From the NCBI RefSeq assembly GCF_009914755.1, contig NC_060930.1: a stretch of DNA of 64,000 nucleotides; one strand, written 5' to 3'. This document shows positions 1-15,014 of this stretch, one piece after another; position 1 is the stretch's first letter, and each line of letters starts with the position of its first letter. The DNA comes from the human T2T-CHM13v2.0 reference genome, Homo sapiens. A program made the position numbers and the translations under genes. The notes under the pieces are model-generated. The model saw only the letters and a list, made by a program, of their open reading frames with translations, was not told the origin of the DNA and made no database searches.

Positions 1-498
1 GGGTATACATCCAAAGGAATACAAATGCACGTGCACTTGTATGTTCAACACAACATTATTCGCATTAGCAAAGACACGGAATCAACCTAGATGACCATCA
101 ACAGTGGACTGGATAAAGAAAATATGGTACATATGCACCATGGAATACTATGCAGCCATAAAAAGAAATAAAATCGTGTCCTTTGCAGTAATGTAGATAT
201 AGCTGATGGCCATGATTCTAAGTGAATCAATGCAGGAACAGAAAACCAAATATTGCATGTTTTCACTTGTAAGGGGGAGTTAAACACTGTAAATGCAGAC
301 ATAAAGAAGAGACAAATAGACACTGGAGCCTACTACAGGCTGGAAAGTGATGATTGAAAAACCACCAATCGGTACTATGCTCGCTACCTGGGTGATGAAA
401 TGGTTTGTACACCAAACCCCAGTGACACACAATTTAAACACGTAACAAACCTGCACATGTACCTCCTGAACCTAAAATAAAAGTTGAAAAGGAAAAAA
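1..498 (+). mobile_element. L1 3' end (ORF2 C-terminus + 3'UTR), L1PA15/16-L1PB-like
   Basis: L1 3' motifs 'ggaatactatgcagccataaaaag', 'caggaacagaaaaccaaata', 'aacaaacctgcacatgtacc...aacctaaaataaaagtt' ending in an A-rich tail. Confidence 0.9.
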
Positions 499-664
499 TC
501 AAGACTATACACCCAAATGTCTATATAATTTATATTTAATACAAATATGTAGACTTTTTAATATGTTTAACTTCCACAGGCAGTATAGCCACATTATCAT
601 CAACTTTTTCTACTTGATTGATTGAACTATATTTTTATATATTTTAATATAAAAAATTCCTTCA

Positions 665-1197
<533 letters not shown>

Positions 1198-2039
1198 TCA
1201 TTTGTCCTGGCATTTGAAAATGACAGGATAGAAGTAATTGAGTTTCTGTTGCTTCATCTTACATTCACTGTGCTATTGTTGCTTATTTCAAACCTACTGT
1301 TTAAATGCAGAAATATAAAGCACTGCCTAGGTGGAAGACAAAAATGTCACCAGAACAAAGCTCCATACTACTACAAATTCTTGAAACCAACATATGTACC
1401 TGAGCACTAAATAACTAGGGGTTCTTTAAATTAACTTCTGTGTGAAGTATAATATTTATTTTAAAAATATCTAACAAAAATTGCATTATGTAGCATAACA
1501 TGTATTGTGCAACTGCAACAATAGTTTAGAACATAAACATTATAGATAGATATGTTCATATAGATAGATAATATGTATATGTTTAAAACTGTTGTTTAGA
1601 TAGTTTGATTTAGAACAACATATCTATTGTTTAGGTAGTTTAGAACATAGATAATAGTTTAGAACACTAATATATTTTTATATCAGTGATAAAAATTATA
1701 TTGTGATAATAAAAAGGACTAATTTTGAGTATTATTATTATTTTTAATTATCTATGAAGAAATGCATCACCTTATTGCCTGCTCCTGCCAGCCAACTCCG
1801 ACTGCCCAGCCCTTGATGCTCCAGGGCCACTTGATGAACTGTTCCAAGCACCTGCCCTCTTTCTTTCTGTTTTAATCTACCTAACTCCTACTGGTCCTAA
1901 AACTTTTTTATCTTTCTCTTCTCCATATTTCCTGATTCTCCTCCCTTTCTTCCTTCTATGGCATTGTAGCATGTTCTTATACATTTAATTTAGTATTTTT
2001 CAGGTTGTGACACCTTAAGTATCTTCACAATCAAACATG

Positions 2040-2960
2040 GTTATCATAGTTTAGGATCCTCCAAGAGCAACTTTTGAGACAAAAGTTCTAGTGCAAATAA
2101 GTTGTTAGGAAAGATTCCAGATAAATCTGGTAGGCAAATGGTGAAGGATAGCAGACACTATCTGTATCCTACTAAGCATCCTCAAATCTTCTCATTTCAA
2201 TTTGTGTGTTCGATTTACAGAGAGCAGTATCTGCATCTCCATGCATAAGGATTTTCCCCAATATGTAGCCCACTCTGTGCAGTTGGCAGGCTAGAAGTAC
2301 CAGGGAATTAAATGTACCACCCCAAAAGCCCTCAATTAATAATTTATGGTTGTTGGTATATAATCTCAGATTATCTCTTCTCTTGGTTGACACAACTCTG
2401 AGGCATGCTTTTGCCCTTTGCCCTTTCCCCTAGAGTGAAGCAATCCTGTGGTTTCTAGATTAGTAACGCACACTTCGAGCTTGGTTTCTTCTCTGTAGCA
2501 CCTACCCATTTCCCTTCTAATGTTTCCTGCATCTCCCAAATACTATGCCTCTGCTTCTGGAGGGTCATAAAATAAGACAGGAAGAGGGAAAGTAAAGAGA
2601 AAACTGTCATTCAAAGGAAAGCTGTAAAGCAAGTTACCAGTATAAGCAAGTTCCTGCATCTCCCAAATACTATGCCTCTGCTTCTGGAGGGTCATAAAAT
2701 AAGACAGGAAGAGAGAAAGTAAAGAGAAAACTGTCATTCAAAGGAATGCTGTAAAGCAAGTTACCAATATAAAGCAAGTTGCCACTAGGGAATTATGGGA
2801 GACAATGGGGAATAGGAGCCTCAGAATTATTCTACACAAAAGAAAAGGGAGCCTCTATACTGATATACTGACACCCACCAGTCACTGGTTAAGTGATGAT
2901 GACCTTAGAATGTTTGTATTCTCTGGCGTTTCTGGCCTGCTGTGGACAAAGTAGAGAATG
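2040..2960. mobile_element. Old ERVL LTRs: LTR33-like (minus) interrupted by LTR16-like (plus, ~2160-2580)
   Basis: 'tgagacaaaagttctagtgcaaataagtt' and 'gcctcagaattattc...gtcactggtt' resemble LTR33; 'cagggaattaa...ccctcaa...ttggtatataa' and end 'ctgcttctgg...taagaca' resemble LTR16. Confidence 0.5.
2524..2780 (+). repeat. Tandem duplication, 127-bp unit x2
   Basis: ttcctgcatctcccaaatactatgcc... starts at 2524 and 2651; about 3 substitutions and 1 indel between copies. Confidence 0.95.
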
Positions 2961-5896
2961 AGATTGCTACTAGAGAAAACTCTCAGAAAAGTAAATGTAG
3001 GTGCTGACTTTTGTAAGCCAGGCCAGTCTGCCTACGGAATGGGGAAGAAAGGTTAGTTTCTTCCACACTGGGATCCTCAAGAAGGTTACTGTATTTTATT
3101 TGTTTTTCCTCCAAAGGGTTTATCACCATGGCTGACACAAAGAAGGTATGAAAATTTTTTCTAAACCACATAATTGAGAGGATAAAGCAACTATATGGTT
3201 AAGAAATCATAGATACATTCAATACAAGTACTTTAGGATAACTGTGAAATGGAGTTTATGAGGAAATCTGAGCAAAATGTTGAGCTTCCTGAGTGAGGCA
3301 TTTTCTGGAGCTTCAATATCAAATTATGTAAAATGAGCTCTGCCAGTGAGAAAGATAGTTTAGACCTCTGAAAATCATTCTCTCTTCTAGTTGAAGAAAA
3401 CCAAAGGGGTAAAGTGAGGAAGAACACACAATATCTAGGAAACATCTCACTTTCTAAAAATCACAATGTGAATGGTTCATTTTTTCAAAAATCACATGGA
3501 AAATGAAAAACATTTCTTAGAAAATAGACTGAGTTTCCAAAAGGTACAGAGGAATATAGAATATAAATGTGTCAGAAAATAATAATGAGATAGTTTTACT
3601 TCTAGGGGAATAATTATCCAAATTATAAATGAGTCTCAATATATTTCAGAAAAATATTCTGAAAATTATAGGACAAACATCTCACCCATTTTAGGACTGG
3701 TGTGGTGAGGCTGCAGCATTTCTCTATTTATTCTTCTGATCTCAGGCCACTTCACTGATTAAACTTTCTTCAAGAAAGAAAAATTTCTCTACTTTCTTGG
3801 TCAATAACTATTTACCAAGTCTTTTGAGGGAACAGGCAAATCAACTTTGATGTAAAGAGAGCTTGTTCCATCTTTGGAAAGGGGCAAATAAAGATGATGG
3901 AATCATTGTCAAGCTTCTTATGGCTGCTAGTGATAATGTCAGAAGTTCTTAATATGAACAGCATATTAAATTTTCAATATGCCATTGAGTGTGTTAGATG
4001 TAACATAAATTATCTTGCCAACTTTATCTCATTTAAAGTTCTTTGACACCAATGCTCAATGACAAAGTACATCTCACTATGAACCAGACTGATCTATTTT
4101 GTTTACCCTTTATTTTTTAAATTCTTCATCTTGATTTTGTCAGGCTTGTTTTTGCCATCTGTCTGTTACTTGAAGGACATTGGTAGCTGTAAGGTCATCA
4201 TCTTCTCACAGATATGCCTGGACTGACATGCACTGCTCACAAGCTGAAGCACTGTCTTCTTCAGGGATCCAGGTGGAGTGGCAGATTTATTACCCTTTCC
4301 CTGGAGGAGTCTGCTTCAAAGTGGAAATGAACTTGGGAGCTCAAAATGTCCAGCACACCAAAAACATTTGCCTTACATTGACAACAGCAATAAAGCATTT
4401 TCTCCTTTTAACAAAAACATCAGGAAAATGTAGCATTTGCATTACAGTAACACATTCCCTGAAATATCTTTTCATCAGACAGACTTGCTTTCTCTGTCAT
4501 TTGCCCATCTTTGTAATTGCTATGTCTGAATTTTTTTTTCCTATGAACTTAGCAGTTACATTAAATGAAAAAAGAGTTGACATTTACTCCCACATGCTTT
4601 TTCAAAGACTGATGACTAACAGCATGGAAGAAATATGTACTTTATCATGATTGTTTCAAGGAAGAATTCCAATATGATATTTCATTAGTTTTAGTAGTGC
4701 AATTATGATGATTACAGTTACAGCTCTGTTCAAGTGTTGCTTCTGGTGCTGTTTCTTCTGACAGAATTTTCCTAAAGTACACTCCTTATGTCTCTGTGTT
4801 TGTAGAAGAGGATGAAGCATGAGTGGTGACCTTTATACTCTGTCAGATAGTGTCCTGGTTCTCACCAAGTTTCGTGCTTTTTAGCTTTGAGTCTTCAAAC
4901 CAAAATATCACTGAAAGATTTTTTCCCCAGACTAAAGTCCACTAACCATCACAAGTCTAAATACTGTAAAAAAAAAAAAAAAATCAGTGCCTTACCTTAT
5001 AGTTTTACTTTATTGAGCCAGCAAAGCTAAGCATTTTTTTTTAATTTTACTGAGAATTTTGTCTTCCCTTTTGAATGCAAATGAAAGTAAATCACAATCT
5101 CCATAGAAATACAATAAAATTATTAGCTGGTGATTCTCTTTGATTTATGAGAGAAAATGAGTGTGTGTGAGCATGTGTGTGCGTGCATGCAAGTAAAAAT
5201 GCTCACTTTTTTTAAAAAAGTGAGAGATATAGGAATATCCTACAAGCAAAGAAATTAGAAAGTGATGACCTTAAAGATAAATGGATTCAGTGGCCTTCCC
5301 AATAAACAATGTAAGTGAAATGAATTTATGAGTCTCAGCAGATTCCTGAGGTCCTGTAGCAACTGAAACAAAAGTCATCTCTGATTTGACAAATATGGGT
5401 CCCCTTGACTGGGGAGATTATTTAACATACCACCTAGCCCTTTCCTTATAAATACCTCTGAATGTGCAGAGTACTTGTCAGTAGTGACTGAAAAAGGAGC
5501 ACAAGCAACAATGGAGATAAATATTTTTCTCAGGGCACTATTTCCTATGATTTCCCGGAAACCCCTTTAAGTTTAAAAATGAAAAAAAAAAATCTATGTC
5601 AGAAGACTCGTTTACAAAAAGAAGACAGATCTCAATCGGTTACCTCAGTTATTCTCAATTACTTTCATTGCAATTATTAAGCTATGGTTGACTATGAGCA
5701 ATCCCAAATGTAATTTGTTCTATATCCTAGGATTTAGATTATATCACAATAAAGAAGAGTTTCTAAGACTATGTAGAGAATGGCAGAATACCTACATCCG
5801 CTATAGTTAAAAAAAATGAAATGTATAAATGATTATCCAGTCAGATTTGGATTGTGTAACCAGCCACTACCAACAGCTATTGTGCTGAATTCTTAG

Positions 5897-6360
5897 TGTA
5901 TTAATTTTTTAGGGCTGCCACATAAATTACCACAAATCAAAAGGCTTAAACAACAAAAATTTGTTTTCTCATATTTCTGGAGGCTAGAAGTGTGCAATCT
6001 AGGTGTCAACAGAACCATGCCCTTTATGAAGACTTTAGGGTCCTTCCTTGCCTCTTATTATCTGCTAGTAGCCAGGAATCCTCAGCCTTTCTTGGCTTGT
6101 AAATGCATTACTTACCTCTGTCTTCATAGGATTCTCCTCTATGTCTTCACATAACCTTCCCTGTGTGTATGTCTCTGTGTCCAAATTAACTTCATTTCAT
6201 AAGGGCACCAGTCATTGGATTTAGGGTCCACCTTTAATCCAATATGTTCTCATTTTAACTTGATTACATCTGTTTTCGGCAAAACACTATTTTCAAATAA
6301 GTTCTCATTCTGAGGTTCAAGTAGAATGAATTTTGAGGTGGCACTCTTCAAACCAGTGCA
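5897..6360 (-). mobile_element. MLT1 (MLT1B/C-like) MaLR solo LTR
   Basis: 'tgtatta...agggctgcca...aaattaccacaaa...ggcttaaacaac...tctggaggctagaag', 'cagtcattggatttagggtccacc'. Confidence 0.8.
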
Positions 6361-6479
6361 TGAGCTAAGTAGGAGGAAACAGTAAAGCTACTAATAATTT
6401 ATTTTGTTTCAAAAGACACATTGGGAATTCTGTCCTCTGTAAGAAATCAAGGGCATATGATGTTCACAAAAGCAGCAGT

Positions 6480-8390
6480 AAGACAGGAAGGCTTTTATAT
6501 TCTACTATATTTCATTTTCTTGGAGGCAATGTAAAGCCATCAAATGATTTCTAATCAGGGAAGACAGTTTTTGATGCTTATTTTAGTAAATTTATTCTCT
6601 TCGAACATAATAGTAAAAAAGTAGAGGCAGCAAGTTTGGAAAATTTATTGAAGGCCTTCATGCTAAAAGAAAAGAGAGGGCAGTACTTCAAGGAAAATAG
6701 AAGCTCAGGGGTAGATATACTTATTAGCAAGATAATTTGAACATTTATCCTCTGCAGTATATATCCTAGAGAGGAGAAATTTGAAAATAAGTGAGAGAAA
6801 GTGAATAGGCAATATAAGAACAAAGATACACATGGTTGGCTTACACTATAAAGCAAACAAACTCTTTTTTTTTTATCAGAATGAAGACAATGTCAGAGGT
6901 TAATGCAGATGCAAACTTTATAGGTAAAAGCTGGAGAAATTGAGAGAATTATGCCTTTATGAAGCAGGAAGCAAGGCTGAGTGCATAAGTGCCTTGTTTG
7001 TTGTGAGCTAGCCAGACAAAAATGAACAAAGTAGACACAACTCTTGCCAATTTAAGAATTTACAGAGTTTGCAGAGATACAAGTTTGCAGAGATACAATT
7101 ATAATATAGGTAATTTTGAAAAGTAAGGTATGTCACAGAAATACATGGCAAGAAGGTAAAATTCAGTTTGAGATAGTCAATGAAGCAGAATTTAAACTGA
7201 GACCTAAAGAATGTATAAGAATAACTATCAAAGCAGTATATGGTATAGGAAAGAGTATTCTAAGATAGGAAACAGCATGACCAAACCCAGGAGAAAATTT
7301 ATATGGCAGTTTCAAGGAATTGAAAGAAACTAAGTGTGGCTGATTTGCTAACTCTAAGAGATATATTGATATATATTGATATATTGAGATATATTGAGAA
7401 ATAATGCTAAAGTAGAAAATAAGCAGACCAGACCATGGACCAGAAAATTAGTGGACCAGAAAGTGTTAGCAGCTAGTTTAAGTTTAGACTTTATTTTAAG
7501 GAGAGATGATAAGCCATTTAAATGTTTTATGTGGGAACATAAGACTGTAAGATTAACATATTAAAGGGTGGCTGTTGTTGCTTGTATAAAATGTATTAAA
7601 GGAGATCAAAAATGAAGTGGGAGGAAACAGTTTGGAGTCTACAGCAATAATCCATGTGAAAGATACTGGTAGATGTAGCCAGAATAGTAGACATGAATAT
7701 AAGAATAGATAAGTTTTAGGTACATTTTAGGTACAATGATTTATTTAAGAAATATTTAGGATTAACTTAGGAATTATTTAGAATATTTAGAACAATAGGT
7801 AAGTGAGGCAAAAGAGAATGATGAATCAGATCTCACACTCAGAATTCTGATTTGCACAGTGGATTGATGCTGGAGCCATGCACTGATACATGAAGTTGGA
7901 AAGATTATAAACACTACGTGAGAAATGTGGCATTTAGGATATATGAGAAATATTCACATGGAGTTTTCCTAAACTCTAGATGAGTGTTATAGGCTGGAGT
8001 TAGTATTTTGGCAATTATCTAGAACATGGAAACTTATGTAATGGAAGGGCAGGAAAGAATTTGTAGAGTGATGAGGAAAAGAAGCTAAGAACTGAACCCT
8101 GTTAAGTTAAATATTTAAAGCAGAGTAGGTGAAGAATAGAAAGCAAATACATGGAGAAAGATCAAAGTAGCTGAAAGTCTTAGAATGTGTGATTTAATAG
8201 CAATAAAAATAGACTTCTTCAAAAACAGGCATGTGCTTAGCTCAAAGGTTAAGTAAAATAATCCATGAGAAATGTACATTTGGATTTTGATACGAAAAAG
8301 GAATTAGATGTCAATGGGGGCTAGACTAAAAGAATGTAAAAGTTGAGAAAGTACAGGTAGGCAATTGTTTCAAAAAGTTTGGCACTATAG
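6480..8390 (-). mobile_element. L2 fragments
   Basis: Purine-rich decayed L2 antisense motifs ('aagccatttaaatgttttatgtgggaac', 'gcaataatccatgtgaaagat', 'aactgagacctaaagaatg'). Confidence 0.6.
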
Positions 8391-9329
8391 ATTATTTCTT
8401 TCTATAGATTCATATATATTTGTTTCAGATGATATCTTTATCATGTATCTATTAGCTAGATGAAGCTGTTATGAAATAATGTTTTTGAATTTGATATAGT
8501 ACTTGTATTCATCCTATTTTATTACACTAATTTATCAATTCTAATTTCTTTCACTTTTCTAGGTATATATCATGCCATCTAAAAATAATGATTGTATAGT
8601 CTTATTAATTCTAATATTTGCTCTTCTTAGTTTCATTTGATAAAGTGCTTCATTGATCATGACTTCAAAAACAATATGAAATCAAAATGAGGAATGGCTT
8701 ATCCAAGATGGCTGGCCCACGGGCTGATTGATTGTCTAATCTTTGAGGAAAGGAAATTATTGAGTGTCCTAATTATAGTCACAAGGCTTTAAGCCTTTGA
8801 CATATATAGTTTTTCCCATTTGAGGCACTGTCTAGTTACTGACTCACTGCATCAAGAAGTCAGTGACAATCTGTTCTACCCAGAGACTTAATAATCTGGA
8901 CACTGTCTTGAGATAACATTTTTCCTTTACTTACTGAAAAATTGTTTTTTTATTAATTTTCTAAATCATTTAATTTTTTTGAAAAAAATTTAATACTATG
9001 GAAGAGTTGACAATAGTCATTCCCTTCTCCATACATCTTCAGCCCTCTTCTCTTCTAGATAAGAGTTAATTTCAATAACTGAAAATCAAATCACATCTAT
9101 AAGCATTGTTTACTACAGAGCCAATTAGTTTTTTTAAATTATGTTTTCTTCTTCAAAATTTTTATATCACAATACCTGTTTCACATAAACAAAATGATTC
9201 AGGGTAAGTGAATTATTTTCACTTGAGCTCCATACTTAGCTCAAAACCTTGCCACTTGACTTTTTTCATATGACAACCTCAACATTTTTCTCCTAGGGTT
9301 AATTATTTATTGTTTTTGATGCTGATGGA

Positions 9330-10030
9330 ATTTAATGATTATTTTTATTCTCTATTTGATTTATCTCTTTTAGAATATTTATTATTTTCTTCCTTCTACT
9401 GGCTAAGGGTTCAGTTGACTTATCTTTTGCTAATTATTTAAAGTGTACAATTAGTTTATTCGAGATGTTATTTTTAATGTAGGCATACACAGCTATACAT
9501 TTCCCTCTCACTACTACTTTCAATGAATCCTATGTATTTTAGTGTGTTTCATTTTATTATAATTCATCTAAAAGTATTTTTTAATTTTCCTTGTGATTTC
9601 TTCTTTGACCTATTGGGTTTTTAGAGTGTGTTGTTTAATTTCTACATATCTGTGAGTTTTCCAGTTTTCCTTATGTCATTGATTTCTAGCTTCATTCCAT
9701 TGTTGCCTGAAAACATTCTGTGTATGATTTCAATATTTCTGAATTTTTTAAGACTTATTTTGTGCCTGAACGTATAGTCTATTCTGGAAAATGTTCCATC
9801 TGCTCTTGAGAACCATGTGTCTTCTGCTGTTATTAGGTGTAGTATTCTGTACATACCTGCTAGGTTCAGTTGGCTGATAGTGTTGCTCAAGTCCTCATTT
9901 TCTTATTAATCTTTTGACTTGTCATTCTATTCATTATTAAAAGTGCAATATTGTTTGATGGTACCTACTTACATTTAAAAAAAAAAAGCCCTGTGATATT
10001 GATGTCTCCAACTATTATTGTAGAACTGTC
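9330..10030 (-). mobile_element. Old L1M fragment, ORF2 endonuclease region
   Basis: ORF 9642-9890 translates to L1 EN-like 'YRILH...FSRIDY...SGNNGMKLEIN'. Confidence 0.85.
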
Positions 10031-10069
10031 TCTTTATCTTTATTTTGAGGGATCTATTGTTAGGTCTCT

Positions 10070-10540
10070 ACTGGTGACTCTATTTAAATATAATTTGTCA
10101 GAAGACCCTTTCCTAAACAAATAACTCCTTATTCTCTGTCTCCCTGCTACTCTAAGTGTGATAAACAGTCCAGCATTTGTATATCCCTGGGAAGCTATCA
10201 GAGATAAGGATCTCAATCTTCACTTTGGAGCTACTGAATCAGAATCTACATCTTAACAAGACCCATAGATGACTTTTGTCAAAATTCAAGTTTGAGTAGT
10301 TTTTTTTTCTATCCCCTAACTGTTGTTATCTTTTTAAATAGTACATATGGCTTCCTCATATTTATGTATTAACTTGTAATTTGGTTCGTCAATTGTCTTC
10401 CTCTATAACAACATAAGCTCATTGGGAACAGAGCTTCCTTCATTGTGTTCCTTTCCAAATCACAATATGTAGAGCAGTCTGGTCCACAGTAGGTGCTTAA
10501 TAATAATTGTTGCATAACTGGAAGAAAGAATGAATGAGTT
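10070..10540 (+). mobile_element. L2 3' end with nested MER5-like fragment (~10180-10300)
   Basis: L2 terminus 'gtaggtgcttaataat...gaatgaatga'; MER5 motif 'ctactgaatcagaatctacatcttaacaaga...aagtttgag'. Confidence 0.6.
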
Positions 10541-11147
10541 AAAACATCTCTTTAATGAGTAAAAAGTTCAAATGATCTTCCATTGCCCTTAGAATGTAAG
10601 TCTTAAATCTTCTGGTATCTTCTCCTGTCACACTACTTTTCTCATTATTTCCCAAACACACTGGACTTTTTGAGTCCTTGAATATATCATAATCTTATCT
10701 ACCTCAGGTCCTTTGGGAGTGATGGTCCATCCCCCTAGTGTACTCACTTCTCCCCTCTTTATAGAACTTATTCCTGTCCCTTATTTAGCTTCAAACAGCT
10801 TTTTTTGATCAGATCAAACAAGAGTATGCTATCTATGTTTCCCTGAATTTCTTCACTGCAGATTTTATCTCAATTAAATTTGTTTTAATGTTGCATCTCC
10901 AGCTCCAATAGAGAAAAGATGTACTTGCTTAATTACTAATGTAATAATATTTACTAGGCTAAGAATATATCTTTTATTATACTTTTAAAATTAGAGCTAT
11001 ACTTGGTTTATATTTAATCATATATTTTCTGTAACTATTGAGGAATATGTTTATTTTTATTGGTGTGATGAATAATATTTAGAAATTGTTTTCTTTATTT
11101 TGAAGTATCCTCTTTTCAGAGTAAATTCTATTTGAATATGATGTACC

Positions 11148-11481
11148 ATCAAACATTTGCTTAATGACAAGGGTATATTCTGAGAAATGTGCCATTAGGT
11201 GATTTCCTTACTGTGCAAACATCATAGAGTGCACTTACACAAAACTAGATGGTGCAGACTACTACACACTTAGGCTATATGGTATAGACTATTGCCCTGA
11301 GGCTACAAACATGTTTACATTACTACTTTACTGAATACTATAGGTAACTGTAACACACTGGTAAGAATTTGTGTACCTAAACCTAGAAAAAATATAGTAC
11401 AAATTTGGTATTATCATCTTATGGAACCGCTACTGTATATATGGTCTGTTGATGACTGAAATGTTATGGAGCACATGACTA
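11148..11481 (+). mobile_element. Tigger3 (Tigger3a/MER7-like) DNA transposon relic
   Basis: 'ttctgagaaatgtgccattaggtgatttc...aacatcatagagtgcacttacacaaaactagatggt...ctactacacacttaggctatatggtatag'. Confidence 0.85.
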
Positions 11482-11759
11482 TATTATAATGTGATTATTA
11501 ATTATGTTTTCCATTATAAACAACAATTCTAAATTATATTAGCATGGCTTGTTTTCTCATGTTGTTCTCTGTATGAAAATATTTTTTATTTCTCTAAGTA
11601 GCAAACACTTATACATGTACGTGTTTTTCCTTCAAATGAATTGTGAAGATACAAATTGTATCTTTTCTTCCACCACCTCCTACTATTTAGCTAAATAGAT
11701 TTTTAAACATATTTTCCATTACTGATGGGGCAAGTAGTTCATTGTTTATTATTACACAA

Positions 11760-11980
11760 GTTGAGTTCAACGACACTCAGTTTACATTCCAGCTCCAAAA
11801 CTAATAAGCAGTGTGATCATGAGTGATTACTTAATTGTTCTAAACTTCTGTTTCCATTTCTGAAAATAATACCTATTGTGTTATATTGTTTTGTAAAAAT
11901 TCCATGAAATAATACATGTTTTTTGGTTAGAATTTCTTGACAGAATGAGTAAGCCTTCAATAAATGGGGTGTTGTTATTT
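11760..11980 (+). mobile_element. MIR
   Basis: MIR core 'ccagctcca...gcagtgtgatcatgagtgattacttaa...ctgtttcc' and 3' 'tcaataaatg'. Confidence 0.6.
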
Positions 11981-13249
11981 AGCGGTGTACCTCAATGGGA
12001 AATATTTATGAATCTTTCTAAAACTCTTTTGAGAATGCTCTACTTGCACTGCCAAGTCAAACAGAATAATCTGTACTTTCTTATTTCATATAGATCATGA
12101 TGAACCATGGCTAAGTCAAATAAGCTTTCCAAGTACCTGATTAATATTTTCCTGTGCTCCTTACAAATTTAGACCTCAAATATGAGTAAATCTAAGCATG
12201 GTCCTTGGTTAAAAAACAAATGACAGAAAAACACTACACATATGCATTGTAAAACCATGCCTACTTTGGCTTTACTTAGGAGAATGGAAATGTGGAGAAA
12301 TGTGCTGAAGATGGAATATGGAAAATGTCTCATTTTATCTGGTTCTTATTTCTTCCTTAATTTCACTCAACTCAAGGATGATGATTATTTGATTATCCTT
12401 TCAAGTGTTGATTAGAAAATTTCATCTTCTAGTTTTCATTAAATGAGACTGAAGGATAAAATGACATAGTTTCATGTACATCATATAAGTAAATTGTGAG
12501 TCTAAGCTATTTGAAATAATTTATAAAATGCTTTTAATGCACTTAGTGTATATTATATAGTTCAGTGATTCTGCCTTTGTTCTTGCTTCCTTTCCTAATT
12601 GAATTAGTACAGATACTGCAGGCAACTCATGAGTGAAAGGGATCAAGGGTATCTATTTCCAAATTTTCTGATCAATTGGTCAAAGTATCTTTTCATGTTG
12701 CATATCATTTCAGTGGTCTGCTATTCTTCTAAGAGTTTCCCTTCTCCATCTTGCTATAAATATTGGAATTTTCATCATTTTTTCCTTTCTTTTTGGTAGT
12801 TTTCTCCCAAAAGGCTAAGCAACTTAGAGTTAGGGATGCAATACAAATCAGGAAAGGGCAAGACAGCTGTTATGAACTGTAACATTGTGCACCGGGAATT
12901 GTAAGTTTTCTCTGGGAGAGAGAGGGATTCATTTTTGACATAATGTATCTGATACAAATTGACAATAGAAATGAGTGAAATACTCAGGAATCACTAATGC
13001 TTGACTGTTCTCCTGCCCAACTGTGAATAATAATGTATTCCTTGGATAGGTGTTTATTCCCTGAATAAGTGAGAGCTTGACCTGATTTAGCAGGAAATCC
13101 CATCCTAGTGAGGAGACTCTAGAAATAATTTGCTCTTCTCTCACTGACTCTTTGGTGTACTGAAGGTTAGGATATTGTCAAAGGTAAACCCACAAAATGT
13201 CTTGGTGAGCAGTGTGTCCAAAAACCTACCTCAATCTCTGGTTTCACTT

Positions 13250-13680
13250 GTATAGATTATGATGCTTCAGCCACATGAACAATAATCCTTGCTTCAAGTT
13301 GCCTTAAATAAGAAAGCTATTTATTATCTCATGTATCAGAAAATCAAGAGGTAGGATGGTTTGGAGGTTTATTTAATTCAGTCACTGTTATCCACAAGGA
13401 TCCAGGTTATTTTTATCTCTCCACTCTGCTGGCCTCAACGTTGGTTTTATCATCAGGCATAAAGCAATACTTTCAGATATCCTATCCAGATACAAACATC
13501 AGAAAATAGAAGATATAGTATCTCTTAATGAGGATATCACTTTTAATAACTTAAAATATTCTTAGAATCTACTCCAGCAGTCTCCCTCTCATACATCTAC
13601 TGGTGAGAACTGGGTCATATACCCACTTTTTAAATCAAGAGTTAGCAAGAGGAATGGGATTATATTAGAACAATCATGCC
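13250..13680 (-). mobile_element. Old MLT1 (K/L-like) LTR
   Basis: 'tttattatctca...aagaggtagg', 'caaggatccaggtt...tccactctgct', 'agaactgggtcatatacccac'. Confidence 0.5.
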
Positions 13681-14271
13681 CATCGATTGGTCTAATGCTT
13701 ATTGAATGGTGCTCACCATGCTCCCTTGGACTTAGTGAGTACATATCGGGTAATTCCTAATGAGTGCAAAGTCTTCTATCCTAGATAGTTTTTTCTAAAC
13801 TTGGTAGATGCCCTCCTCCTTGCTATGTCAGGAATAATCTTTCCAGACCCATTCCATCAGTAAGGACCTTCACGGCCCTTTTCATGAAACTAAAAGGGAA
13901 TGAGAATAAGAGAACTGTGTGATGAGAGGAAAAAAAATATTGAAATAGAAAGTAATTTATTACTGCCTTTTTGAGTGTTTTGTATATATTTGGAACAATT
14001 AGGAAAACTAGTCAACTTTTGCTCCCATTGTGTTTGCTGCTACTTTACGGAAAGGTGAGCAAATGTATGTACATTGATGGATTTTTTAAAAAAATATAAA
14101 AGATCATTGAAATGGAATGTTATGATTTCATAAACAGGCATCCAATTATATAGTAATATTTTAAATAGCATGATGACTTATTTAAAAATATTTCTTTGGA
14201 ATGAATAATAATTCTCTGTAATGCTATCCAAAATATGTTTTATGTTATAGCAAAATATTATGTTGCTTTTA

Positions 14272-14598
<327 letters not shown>

Positions 14599-14645
14599 AA
14601 AATACACCAAATTCTTTCCATTAGTCCCATCTTAAATACAAGTAA

Positions 14646-15014
<369 letters not shown>

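Noticed and set aside
1520-1668. Degenerate tagtttagaaca repeats
   Set aside because: Low-complexity AT-rich slippage with no further structure.
4180-4650. 156-aa ORF in non-repeat sequence
   Set aside because: Starts at TTG, has no recognisable domain or coding-like composition, and no supported splice structure.
8704-8714. YY1-like CAAGATGGC motif as a promoter
   Set aside because: Isolated motif with no CpG island or other support.
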